A DNA stretch of 63,662 nucleotides, counting the filler, from Olpidium bornovanus S191 (taxonomy: Eukaryota; Fungi; Olpidiomycota): assembly GCA_017911155.1 (NCBI GenBank). It is 32 parts of 32 records of this genome, joined end to end, with 100 filler letters (N's around TTAATTAATTAA, not from the genome) between each part and the next. Parts side by side here need not be neighbours in the genome. Positions count along the whole stretch, not along the records: positions 22,524 to 24,731 come from JAEFCI010001023.1; positions 24,832 to 26,477 come from JAEFCI010001695.1; positions 26,578 to 30,954 come from JAEFCI010013372.1; positions 31,055 to 32,404 come from JAEFCI010008357.1; positions 32,505 to 34,118 come from JAEFCI010001840.1; positions 34,219 to 36,758 come from JAEFCI010008755.1; 26 more parts are not named here. The stretch is one strand, 5' to 3'. The notes beneath the pieces were generated by a model. That model did no database searches. It had not been told where the DNA came from and worked only from the letters and a program-made list of their open reading frames with translations. The position numbers and the translations under genes were made by a program. Shown here in pieces: positions 22,525 through 34,499 of this stretch (the first letter of the stretch is position 1; the number at the start of each line of letters is the position of its first letter).

Positions 22525-24731
22525 ATGGAGTCAAGGCCTCTGTACGCCGCGATGAATGGTGCCGCCGGTTCTTTGATAGTTCTCAGTGCCGCAATGTCTC
22601 CGGTCAGCTGCGTCGACGTGCAGCTGCTGGTTAAAGACACCCGTTCAAATCGGTACTCGGTCGTGCGGTATTCGGTATGATTTCTTTACGGGACGAATAA
22701 AAAAAATAGCACCCTACACCTTATTTCCTTTTTTTTTTCCTGCCGGGGTCTTCTCGCTTATCATAAATTGACTTACTTCGCACCGCGGGCGGGGAAAAAA
22801 AAACGCATCAGCTCAGCAAATCCAGCTGGTCCGAGACGTTTGTGTTCCCGAAATATGTGCCTAACAGTAAGCGGCCCGCTGTGGAAGTAAAGCGCGATGT
22901 GATCAGGAAACGAAAGAAACGACAAAGCTGACGGGTACTTACACACCGCTCACCCCCTTCCTCCTATCACCGTTTCCCGCCCGCCCGCCACCTAGTATCT
23001 GCCGGCAGCACGTCACGGGCTGTCCCAGTGTACAGCGGGATTGAGATTGCGTCGCAGGGCGCCGCCGAAGTGCGCGAGTTGCAGCTGAGCGGCATGCATT
23101 TTCACCGGACCTTGGGTCGGGACATGTTTATATACGGAAATGCGCTGTTTTACAGGTAAACAAAAAAAAAAAAAAAAAAAAAAAAGAAAAAAAAGGATCA
23201 GCGTTTTTTTTAAAAATCCCCGACCGAAATACACCGTTTCCTCGAACCCGGAACCCCCAACGGCGTTTTACCGGTCCAGCCCGAGCGATGGCCGGTCGGT
23301 GTACCTGATACGCACCTTCCCGGGGAACACCTCCGTCGCCGCGTTGTCGTCGGCGGACGAGGGGGATTACGCGTTCATGATCACGGACGGTCAGGTAATG
23401 ATGGGAAAATCTTCGCGAAAATTCCCCGTTCTCCGACGCGACGTGCGGTCAATCGTTTCAAACCTCCCCCTTTCCCCCCCTTCCCCCCCTTCCCCCCCCA
23501 TCCCACCTCACTTTCTCTCTCGCCCGCACGCTAATCTAGGTCTACTACGGACAACTCGGGGTGTCACGGACGGTGCCGGTCACGGACTATTTAGACACGA
23601 GCGTGATCCGCGGGCTCATGTTTGACGAGCTCGGAGAGTTGAATCTGTTCACCGTCGGAGTGCAGAATGACACCGGGAGCGCCTACGTCGAAAGCCGAAT
23701 CGTCGACGTCCAGAGCATGCTGGATTATGCCGAGTACGCCGATCAGGTTAGGGTCATTCCCTCACCGAAGCAACCCGAGGTTTTCTATTTTTTTTTTGCT
23801 GCTGCTTTTTCTTTCGTTGCCCGGAGGTTGTCGGACGTGGGGGCAACAGGCCGTGTCGTGACAATCTGGAAATTGATAACTGCTTGTCCGCTCCGTGAAC
23901 ATCTTCTCTCAGGCGAAATGCCCCTACGCGCGTAGGGAATATTTGGCTCCGAACCTCGTCCATTTCACGCGGAGGTGTGTGGAATTTTTCCCAAGAAGCC
24001 GGCTGGTGCTCTGCAAGCCGAGCGCGGGGGAGTTTTGATGGGGGACGGATGACGTTTGTTTTTGACGTATGCACACATGAATATCGTTGATCGGTTTACA
24101 GCTTCAGGACCGCGACCAACGACCTCCCGTCGGATCTGTTTCTGGACGTCGAGGAGGAATACAAGTTCGCGGTCATCCTGACCCCAAGCGACTGGTTAGA
24201 GGACCCGGCGACGCTGAACGTATACTTCTCACTGACCAACGAGGGTGTGGTAAAGGTCGAGTATAATCGGACGGTGGTGAACGGGCAAGTCCGGTACGAT
24301 GTACGTACTTTAATAAAATTTTCTTGCGCAAACAAGCACATGATTTGCCGTCCTTCCCCGACTGCCCAAATGACCCTGATGGTCGTCCGATGCGGGGAAA
24401 AAATAAAACAAAAATAAAATAAAACGCTCCGACAAGGTATCCTTGCGCGACCGGGGAACCGTAACTAATCAGGCCGCGTCCGGACAAGACGCGACCCCTA
24501 CACAGCTGAGGTTGATCGTCGCGAATTCCACGTTTGACTGCCTTAATTTCAAACGGGCGACGTCCGTCAAAGTAACGATGAATTTCCGCAGTCCTAAATT
24601 TGCTTCCGTTTTTTACTTTTTTTTTTTTCCTTTTTTTTGGCCGTGGACTTGGAACTCATATGCGGCGTTCGCGTCCACGATCGCTCTTTAATTTTTTATA
24701 TATTATAGTCCGAGACCATCAACGTCATGAA
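22525..24731 (+). CDS. CATSPERG: CatSper channel auxiliary subunit gamma-like protein, internal multi-exon fragment
   Basis: Spliced exons: MFIYGNALFYSPSDGRSVYLIRTFPG..GDYAFMITDGQ|VYYGQLG; AKCPYARREYLAPNLVHFTR (from 23913); DLPSDLFLDVEEEYKFAVIL (24102-24300); VSLRDRGTVTNQAASGQDATPTQLRLIVANSTFDCL (24437-24571). These parallel recalled CATSPERG motifs KCPF..EFL..PN..YTR, LPERIFLDKGTEYSFAIFL and ITLKDK..DQGISG..T....V..S...C in the same order. Confidence 0.7.
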
Positions 24732-25648
24732 NNNNNNNNNNNNNNNNNNNNNNNNNNNNNNNNNNNNNNNNNNNNTTAATTAATTAANNNNNNNNNNNNN
24801 NNNNNNNNNNNNNNNNNNNNNNNNNNNNNNNCATGCTCACAAAGCCTTTGGAAAGGCTGAAGTTCACCTCATTTAAAGAAGCCATTGGAATGGGCAAGCT
24901 GAGATTTGCGCACGCGTATTTACACGCCCAACCGCCCGGAAGAAGCACCACGAAAGGAAGAAATACGCAATTCGATAGCTTTCGGCGCGACCATGGAAGA
25001 TATATTCGTTAGGAGAGGTGGGGTGTAGGAAAAAGGGGGGCGCAGCCAGGGGGCAGCACGGATAGAGCTCCTACCCGAATTCCTTCCCCCATTTTCCCCG
25101 TTTTGTAGAATCCGCACGGAATCCCAACATAAATAGGCGCGGAATCCATAGAATCAAAACACTGCGAAGAAACAGAACAGTATTCTCCTCTTCCGAATCA
25201 TTGCGCGGCTCCCTTGGATTTCCCGGGGTCTCCTCCGGAGGGCACACCCCACCACACGGGGGAAGAGGCGTGGGGAGGAGGCGGAGGGTCCCCGGGAGAG
25301 AAGAGGCGGGAGGGGCGGGGGGGGGGGGGTTACTCCTCCTCCTCGAGGGTGCCCCCCAAGAAAGGCCGCAGCCGGAAAACCAGCAAAAACGGAAAAGGGC
25401 CTTCTCGGGAAGAACAGCGCGAAGCCTCGCGGGCGGCTAAAAAATCTCTTCTTTTCTCCGAGGATCCCTCTGAGCACGACCGCGGGCGTTATTTCACCGT
25501 TTAGGCCGCTACCCCCGCCGTGCTCTGTTGGCGCGAAAGCGTACTCCCGACGGAACTTTGAGACGCAGATACGTCTGAGCCCCTCCCCTTCACCCTCCTT
25601 CCCCAACCCCAAACTTTCCTTTTATATAAAAAAAAAGAAAAAAGAAAA

Positions 25649-25917
25649 ATGGCGAACGGCAGTCTCGAGGACGAGATCCTCGCTCTTGTCGGCGAGGGGA
25701 GCGAGTCTCCGCCGCTGTCGCCCTTGGAAGGGGACATCGACGACGAGCGTAGATGGGAGAGCTTGCGAGGAGGAAAGTCCAGGTCGAAGCGAAGGTCCAC
25801 TTCCACGGCTTCGAACCACGGCAAAAGGAAGAAGAAGAGGTCGAAGGAGGAGGACTCCGAATCGGAGTACGAGGGCCGTGGAGCATACTCCGGCGTCAAG
25901 CGGCAACGGAGCAGGGG
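25649..25917 (+). CDS. RTF1: Probable first exon of Paf1-complex subunit Rtf1
   Basis: MANGSLEDEILALVG resembles the Rtf1/Prf1 N-terminus (DLDEDLLALAG, DFQDELLALAG); followed by a basic/acidic tract and a GTGAGT donor. The Plus3 domain is not in the window. Confidence 0.5.
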
Positions 25918-25927
25918 GTGAGTAAAT

Positions 25928-25970
<43 letters not shown>

Positions 25971-26686
25971 CCCCCCCCCCCCCCCCCCCCCCGCGGCTGT
26001 GCGTTTCAGAGAATCCCCAGCGGCTGCGCGTTTCAGAGATTCCCCCGCGGTCCCGAGGTTGTCGGCCCGCCAGGTGCGCTCGACACCACGATTGAAAGTA
26101 AGACGGCCGAAAAGGAAAACTAAACTAGTTTCTGTTCTGGCCGCACTTCCTGCTCAGCGGCAACACCGACAGCGAATTCACGTTCAAGCGGCGACCGGCG
26201 AGCCGGAAGGAATCGGCGAACTTTTCTTACGCCCCGCCGCAGCTCCGCATAGTCGTCGGCCAGAACAACGGGCTGAACCGCGCTGGGTATGCCGCTTCGG
26301 ACGGCACGGACGACGTCGAGGCGGAACTCAGCGGGGAGGGACCCGGCAGACGAGTAGCATACGAGGATTACACAACCATCGGTCTGGCGGCCGTTTGATT
26401 CTTGATAGCCGCGACCGATCTGCGGCGTTCGTAGAATGACCGCCGCGCACTCGCGTTTTGCCAGACTGGATTCATGANNNNNNNNNNNNNNNNNNNNNNN
26501 NNNNNNNNNNNNNNNNNNNNNTTAATTAATTAANNNNNNNNNNNNNNNNNNNNNNNNNNNNNNNNNNNNNNNNNNNNTGTCAGACAAAGGGGGAGAAAAG
26601 GCCCCGCCACAAAAAAGAAAGACACCCACGTACGAGGGATTCGGAGGGGCCCCGGTAAAAAAACCGGGAAAACCAGCCCGCCCGGG

Positions 26687-26717
<31 letters not shown>

Positions 26718-26768
26718 AAGAAAAAAGAAAACCGGGCAACGCAATTGCGAGTGGAACTTACTTTTCGA

Positions 26769-29154
26769 TCACAATCTCGCTTTGGGAATCTCATTCCCGT
26801 CCTCGACGGTGACCAACTCGTCCTTTCTGATGACAAGCTTCCTGACTGCTGTCCCAGTCACGGCTCCGAGTTTGCTTTTGCTAGCCTCCTCGAAGAAGAC
26901 GACGGTAACGGTGATGTCGTCCCGAAACCTCCGGCTGTGCGGCGCGGGAATGCTCAGCACCTGCGCGAGGGTATCGGTATCGGCGCCCCCCAGCGCGTTG
27001 CGTATCAGGTGGGTGGCGGCGTTGTCGTCCACGTACGCCCACTTGCGGTCGGGGGCAGCGGTGGGTATGGATGGCCGCGGGTACTCGGAGTTCGGGTCGC
27101 GCCCGGTCTCGAGAGGCCCTGACGGACCAGCTGGGAGCTTGCCGCGCTTACGCATCCAGCCGGTGACCAAGGCGACAATCTCGTCGTTCGTCAGTTCGTC
27201 GTACAGGCCGTCTGAAGTGGTAAAAAAGCCGGGAAAGATAAACCCGTTGTGGATGACCGGACGCCAAGAGAGCCTCGCAGAGTCGCCGTCACAGGCAATC
27301 CGGAATTACCTGTCGCGAGCACGAGAAACTTGTCGGCTGCGGTCAGCTTTAGGTGAGTAACGTCCGGTCTGGCGGTCACGTACGGTGGCGTCAGGTAGTG
27401 GCGAGGAATCTCGCGATTGTGATATATCCCGGATATCATCTTGCTCGTCTTGATGTCCCACTTGTACCGCGCGTCGCCAAACCTGACCGGCGGTCACTCG
27501 GATGCCAATCGCGACGATCCCGAGGATATATAAGTTAACCGGACCCCTTGCGGGCGCAGCGCGATGTGTGTCCCCGTGCTGGCACACCTACGATCGGGTC
27601 GGCTCCAAGTTCCCCAGCACCCGCCCGCGGTACACGGCGGTCTCCTCCTCGCCAGGGTGCTCGGCCCGAATGCGCGCAATTTCGCGATGGTCTCTTCCGG
27701 TATGGTCCCAGGACAGCTGTACCGCAGTCACTTCGCCAGTCGCGTTCTGTCGCCCCAGAACGGCCCGACTGTCGCCCGCCCAGGCCACGTATAAATCTTG
27801 CGTCGCGACGTCCAGGTGCGCTACGAGCGCGCACGAGCCGCTGGTGGCGGGGGCCAGAAAGTCTATCGGAGAGTGACGCACGGCGGCAGCCAAGTTCAAA
27901 GAAACAAGATTCTGTAAACAGCATCGTCCTACGAAACAACGAGAAAACTCGGCAAACAGGGCGCGTGGCGGAACAAGAAATTCCAGCAAGCAGGACGCGG
28001 AAGTGCGTACCTGAAGCACGGCCCGGATCGGAGGCCATGGCTACCAGGCCGCCTCGGATTATCTCCTCGTCTAAGGCAACGAACGCAGACTTCAGTGCCG
28101 CGGAGGCCACCAGCGGTTTCTCCGAGGCCTCGGAAACCATCTGGTTATCGACCTTCTCTAGCGCTGCTGCGCAGTACACGGGAAGAGCAGCTGCAACCTG
28201 CAGTAAAATATGACGTCCGTGGAAAACAGTGAGGGCCAGCACAAAATCCGAAATCGCGGTCCGGAACACGGGCGGGCTACAAAGGAGTTTCAGGCGGCAG
28301 ATCCGTCTGAGCCATACCTTCCGCGAGCAATGGAAACCGCTGTGCCCGTCGAATATGCCCCACATATATCTTTTCGCGGCAGGGGTGCCGGCGCCCGCCG
28401 ACGTGCAATCAGCGGCGTCCTCCTCTACGACGGCGTATTCCGCGTGCGCGTCCTCGACAGGCTCGTTGCTATTCACCTGCGCGACATCCCAACGGCTGAC
28501 CAGCACCGCCGGTGCAGAAGCTCCCGCGCCTGCGGCGCCGGCAACGGCGGCCGTCGCCACGGAGACGGAGGACTCGTTCCGGCGCAGCTTCGCATCGACG
28601 TGCTCCGGCTTCAACAGGAGGAAACGGAGTATCCTGGGATTGGTTTTCGACGCCACGGCGATATCCGCGAACTGGGCGCCGGCGAACAGGGCCGGCTTGT
28701 CGATCGGCGCGACAGGGGCCGGGACGGGACCGGCGCCGGCGGGTTTGGAGCGTCCGTTCCAGTAGTACCACAGCCCTCCCCCGCAGATCCCCGCGCTGGA
28801 CGTGATCAGGAGCGCACGGCGAGGCGTGAGCGGGGTGATCCGGCGCGGTGACGCGATATCGTTGCCGGCCGCGGGGGCGCGTCCGACTCGTCCCGCGTAA
28901 AAGCGGCGGCGGCCACGGACGGGCGGGCACGAGCGGCGGTCGAGCCGGGAGCGCTCGGCGCCGGCGCACGCGGTCGCGGACGGACGGAGGAGGGGGGGCG
29001 GTGGCGGCGGCGGCGGCGACGGGGCGGGGCGGGCGTCCTCCACGGCGACGAGGCCGCTGGCGAAGCACAAGGCGGCGGCGCGGCGCAGCAGCAGCGACGG
29101 CGCGGCGGCAAGGGCGCGGGGTGCCTGCTGCTGCCGTGGCGACAGCAGGGGCAT
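26769..29154 (-). CDS. PTC5: Mitochondrial PP2C pyruvate dehydrogenase phosphatase, multi-exon, complete
   Basis: NSNEPVEDA, WGIFDGHSG, SGSCALVA, LYVAWAGDSRAVLG, DHTG..EIARIRAEHPGE..RVLGNLEPTR, FGDARYKW, YLTPPYVTARPDV, DKFLVLAT|DGLYDEL, NAATHLIRNALGG, RRFRDDITVTVVFF. Confidence 0.95.
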
Positions 29155-29226
29155 CGTACTTGCGCGCAAGGCGGCGGAGCGGAAAAGGGGAAAGAGACGG
29201 ATGCGGGGGAGTTCGCGGGGCGGCGG

Positions 29227-29273
<47 letters not shown>

Positions 29274-29468
29274 AAAAAAAGGAAAATCTGCCGCAAAAAT
29301 GCGCATCCTCCCCACTTACTTCCCCCCTATGCCCCCGCCCCGCACGACCGCCTCTGCCGGCCGCCGGCCCGCCTTGCTTTCCGGGAAAGAGCGACTGAGA
29401 GAGCGACCGAGGAGGGAACGAGAGAGAAAGAGAGAGACCGAAAGCGCTTTTGCGCCCGCCGGCGCGCT

Positions 29469-30888
29469 ATGGCCACTCCCCCCTCCCCTGCCGCCGCCGC
29501 CCCGGGCGGCACTCGCGGCCGCATCCTGTTCCTGCACGGGTACTACCAGAACGGGGACGAGTTCCGGAAGAGGACGGGCGCTCTCCGAAAGTCTCTCGGG
29601 GGCGCAGAAGTAGGTGCGCGCACCTCTCCCGCCGAACCCCCGCCGGGGTCGCGCCGCTCAGCCGCGGCCAGCCCGGAAAGCTTCAGTTAAAACGCCGTCC
29701 CCCGGCCCGCCGAACGACCCGTCGGGCAGTGTGTGCTACCGCCCCTCACAGCATCACGTCTCCGTCGGGTTCCGAGGAGCTGGACGGCTCCGCGGAAACA
29801 AGGGCGGGCCGGCAAGACCCGCTTGGTATCGTGTTGGGGGACGTGGTTCCCCGCCCGGGCGCGAGATATCCCCGCCGCCTCCGCGCTCCCGGTCAAACCG
29901 CCTGCCCCTAAACTCCGGCCTCAACGTCCTTCCCCGCCGCGTTCCCTCCCACTTCGCGCAGGGCCTCGCACCTGGTTTTTCGCGCGCGAAACCACCGCCG
30001 GCCCGGCCGGAGCGCCTGGACGAATTGTTTACGACGGGTGGGATCAGGTGAGCCTCGCGGCTTGTGTCGCCTGGCGGGTTTCCGCGGAGCGTGAACCAAC
30101 GTCCTGACGCCGCCGGCTTTCAGACGTTGGAATATCTTGGCGCCCTATTCAAGCAACACGTAATACAGGCCCGTTTCGTTAGGCCGTGGTTGCGAAACGG
30201 AGGTTTTGTGGATACTCAGACGCAATCTTATCGCGCGTCCGCCCTCCAGGGACATTTTGACGGTGTCCTTGGGTTCAGCCAAGGTTTGCGATGACGTCAA
30301 ATGGGCAATCGGCGGCTAGCGCGCGGCCCCGTGCTGACGGCCGCCGCTCCCGCCGCAAGGCGCAACCGCAGCGGCCGTCCTCACCGCTCTGTTGTCCCAG
30401 GCGCCGGAGCTCCAGCCGGCGTGCTTTCGCGACGACGCCGGCGGCGTCGCGAAATCTGTGCAGCCTCCGTTCAAGTTTGCGGTGCTCGTCTCCGGATTCT
30501 ATCCCCGGGACCCGCGCCTCCAGCAAATCCTCAACGGGGAGCGTCCGTCGTCGTCGGTCCCGCCTACGCCCACCTTGATTGTGCTCGGCACGGGCGACGC
30601 CTTGATCCCCCCGGAAATGACTGAGGAGCTCGCCGCGGTTAAATACTTCACGGATCCGGGCACGACCGTCCAATGGATCCGGCACGGTGGAGGGTGAGTT
30701 TGCCGGAGGCGATTCACGGTTGGGCACGCGGCGAGATCCGCTATCACCGAAAATTCAGAGAATCGATTTTTCGGCGGTGGGCACCTCACAGGCATTTTGT
30801 CCCCGGCGACGCTCACAGCCGGCGGGCGATGGCTTCTTTCATCGACAAATATTTAACCTCGCCGCCGGCGCTGCCAGTTTCCCTGTGA
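29469..30888 (+). CDS. FSH1: FSH1/OVCA2-family serine hydrolase, multi-exon
   Basis: RILFLHGYYQNG..FRKRTGALRK, HFDGVLGFSQG (nucleophile), PFKFAVLVSGF, TLIVLGTGDALIP, HGGG|HFVP; stop at 30888. Confidence 0.92.
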
Positions 30889-31059
30889 TCTGCACACTCG
30901 CTGTATCGTTTTGCAGACCGTGCTGATCTTCATGCCTATGTTCGGTGTGGGGAANNNNNNNNNNNNNNNNNNNNNNNNNNNNNNNNNNNNNNNNNNNNTT
31001 AATTAATTAANNNNNNNNNNNNNNNNNNNNNNNNNNNNNNNNNNNNNNNNNNNNAACGG

Positions 31060-31097
<38 letters not shown>

Positions 31098-31162
31098 CCC
31101 GGGGGTTTCCAAACAATTTTGGTTTTTTATTAATAAACTTTTTCCATCCGTCCCCCCCCCCG

Positions 31163-31200
<38 letters not shown>

Positions 31201-31520
31201 CCCGCTCGGCAGAAAACCGAAGGAGACACCCCTGCCCTCGCCGCCGGCCCTTCTGACCAGGCAAAAGGTGGGAAGAAAGACAGACCGGACCATCTTGCCT
31301 GAGCCCCACCGCCGAGAACTCCCACCTCCCCGATGCAGCCTCCGAAGCAAGTCGACGTGCAGGTACGGCCGGGAAGAGGCGAGCGGTCACACCACCCCCC
31401 GAACGCCACGGCGGGTCGCGCGCGGATCGGCCGGCCGGCGGCGCTGGACACCCCATGCACGGCGCGCCAGAAACCGTAACTCTCCCGCGTCGCCGACTGC
31501 TTTCCCCGGGCGCCCCGCTA

Positions 31521-32404
31521 GGTCTTGGACCCACCTACAGACACGATCACGGACGTCGCCTTCAGCCCGCAGGCCGACCTTCTCGCCGCCGCCTCATGGG
31601 ACAACAACGTAAAGCAGCACCCGGCCAGGTGCCCCTGCGCGTCCGCTTTTTGTTTTTTTTTTTTTTTTTTTTTTTTTTTTGGTTTCCCGAGGACCCGTGC
31701 GCGGAGCCTCACGGGCTGACGGGCGTTCCGGCTGCTTTTTTCGGTGCCTACAGGTCCGGATATACCGGCTGGGCCCGGACGGGAGCGCGGAACCCTGGGC
31801 GATGTACGCGCACGACCGGCCTGCGTTCGCGTGCACCTGGAGCAGGGTCAGGGATCCTGTCGAACCTCGCGGTCCGGTGTGGAACTTTCGCATTCGCCCC
31901 TTCGACTGTTGACGACGGGCGCCTGTGATTTGTCTATTCCGGCTGTCGTCAGGATGGAAGCAAACTGGTCTCGGCGGGGGCCGATAACCTGTGCAGGATG
32001 ATGGAGGTCGCCACTGGCCAACAACAGGTGGTCGCCGCGCATGCTTCGACGATCCGGTGTGCCAAATTTTTCGACACGCATGGTGCGCCAATCCTGGTGA
32101 CGGGGGGCTGGGACAAGATCGTCAAAGTCTGTCGATTTCTGGCGTTGCGGGACACGTTGCCGCTTTTTTGCCCGCCTGAAGCCCCGTTCTGAATTCCAGA
32201 CTGCTTTATGTTACCGAAAAGTACTGGGATCTCCGTACGCCGAACCCCGTGGGGTCCGTGGCGGTCGCGGAGCGCGTATACGCCATGGACGCACTCTTTC
32301 CGGCGCTGGTCGTCGGAACTGCCGACAGACACATCCAGGTCATCGACTTGAAGAATTCCGGTGTTGTAATGCAGACGACACACAGTCCGCTCAAGTGGCA
32401 GACA
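31521..32404 (+). CDS. RAE1: mRNA export factor Rae1/Gle2 (WD40), partial
   Basis: PPTDTITDVAFSPQADLLAAASWDNN|VRIY, ILVTGGWDKIVK|YWDLRTPNP, ERVYAMD, LVVGTADRHI, SPLKWQT. Confidence 0.93.
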
Positions 32405-32567
32405 NNNNNNNNNNNNNNNNNNNNNNNNNNNNNNNNNNNNNNNNNNNNTTAATTAATTAANNNNNNNNNNNNNNNNNNNNNNNNNNNNNNNNNNNNNNNN
32501 NNNNAACATGCCAGCGCAAGGTTAGGATAAATTTTAAAAAAAAGGAAAAGCCCTGTGTTTGAATATA

Positions 32568-32700
32568 CGTCAGATTCAGCGTTTGAGTCTGCGTCAGATT
32601 AAGCGTCTCAATCTGCGTCAAATTCAGAGTGTGAGTTTGCGTCAGATCCAGCGTTTGAGTCTGCGTCAGATTCAGCGTCTCAATCTGCGTCAGATTCAGC
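32568..32700. repeat. 24-bp tandem minisatellite, about 5.5 copies
   Basis: Unit cgtcagattcagcg(tttgag/tctcaa)tctg, head-to-tail with no spacers; open in both directions (RQIQRLSL on +, LNLTQTQT on -). Confidence 0.92.
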
Positions 32701-33356
32701 CTGTGAAAATTTGGAAAGCGTTCTATCTTCGCGGCGTAGGCCAATGCAAATCACTTACCTAATGACTTAACGCCATGACTTAACACCCGTACGAACGTGG
32801 TGGACATCGGGGCCTTTCACAGGACAGCCTTCACCGGTCTATCCGGACCAGGAGGATGGAAGGACTTGGCACCCTTGGGATTAGAATCAACCGTGGCGAA
32901 AATGGCGCTAAACATCGTGGCGAACGTTGCTAACGGGGCCCTCAAGCTCGGTTAAGCTCCGGCCGAAGCTTGCGAATGGAAAGTGCTGCGCCTTCCAAAC
33001 GCGCGTGGGCAAGGTCGGCAGGCGGCTCTCCTAGAGCGCAGGGGCACGAACAAGGCTTCGGCCGAAGCTTGCGAATGGAAGCCAAAAACGACCGGTTGGC
33101 ATGCTCGAAGTTCTGGGCCCGCAATCATCGCTAGCCTGCACGTCTGCGGACAACGGCAGAGCTCGCTCAGACTTGCCTCCGGGGCGCTCGGGGCGCAACA
33201 GAAAACGCTTCCCCGATTTCGCCGTGGACTGCGGATCGCCACAGGGCACTGCCAGGCAGCCGCGCGACGTCGGTTCTTTCGGTGCGACTCTGCAGTTCGC
33301 CAAGAACAAACCAGCTAAGAAGCACTCAAAGAACCACGGAGGTGCTCGGTCTTACA

Positions 33357-34118
33357 ATGGCGATGCGTCCCTTTGCCGATATCTCAAAATTGCCTCCAAT
33401 GTCGGTCTTGGTCAGCAGCGAACATCAAGCCTTGGTTTGTCGGCAACTGAGATTGGCAGCGCGTTCGTGTTTGCCTCAGAAGCTTGAGGATACTCCAAGC
33501 CCGCAAGTTCAACTGGAAGCAAATGGGCTCCCGGAGCCCGGCCGTGTTCATTGTTCCCAACAAACCCCAGCCGACGATACAAACGTTCTGATGGTCGTTA
33601 CGCCAGCAAGCCTGTCGGCAGGTCGATCCCTGGCGGACCAAGACGAAGTGGCTGGATCTAATAAACCTCGGCGGCAACCACACGTGCCATATCGGCGATG
33701 GACGGCAGCGGACGCGGACCGGCTGATGCTGCGGGTACGAGACGCGATGGCCCCGAACGCCTGTCCGGAATGGGGACGAATAGCCGGCGACTTCCCGCCA
33801 AGAAGCGCAAATGCCGTAAGATTAAAGTTTTACAGCCTGCAACCAGGCGTTTGTTGGCGCTTCAATGCGTTGCCGGCCGGCGCAGGCCGGCGTTGGACCA
33901 AAGCAGATTCGGATCTGCTCGCGCGGCTGGCGCGAGACGCAATGAGCAGGAGCGCCGGTCCGGAATGGAAGAAAATTGCGACACAATTTCCAGGGAGAAG
34001 CGCACGAGCAGTAACGCAAAAATTCTACGGGATTCAGCCCGACGTTCGCTCGCGTGCTAAGCAATCGAGTGGCAGCTCCTGGAGACAATGGTCAAAAGCA
34101 GAGGCGGAGCAGCTTGAG
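33357..34118 (+). CDS. Protein with at least three tandem Myb/SANT repeats, 3'-partial, no intron seen
   Basis: RRWTAADADRL..EWGRIAGDFPPRSANAVRLKFY; RRWTKADSDLL..EWKKIATQFPGRSARAVTQKFY; RQWSKAEAEQLE at the contig edge. Start codon uncertain. Confidence 0.85.
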
Positions 34119-34332
34119 NNNNNNNNNNNNNNNNNNNNNNNNNNNNNNNNNNNNNNNNNNNNTTAATTAATTAANNNNNNNNNNNNNNNNNNNNNNNNNN
34201 NNNNNNNNNNNNNNNNNNCGAGCGCCCGTTTTTTCCTGGTGCTGGTGTCGGTGGGGGCGTTTTTTTCGGGGGCGCCCCGGGCACGGGCGCGCGGCACCTT
34301 TAGAGACCCTTGCGGGGGGGCGCGGGGGGGCT

Positions 34333-34372
<40 letters not shown>

Positions 34373-34499
34373 TTTTGCGGCTGACCCGCCCTTCTTTTTC
34401 CTTTCCGCCCCTCATTGCCTGTCTTTCTTTAATCGACACGTTTGGGCGGTTTCCTCTGGTCCGACCACTCTCGTTTCTCGTTTGCTACTGCGGTGTTAG

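Noticed and set aside
32568-32700. Possible CRISPR array
   Set aside because: Units are head-to-tail with no unique spacers, in a eukaryotic context with no cas genes.
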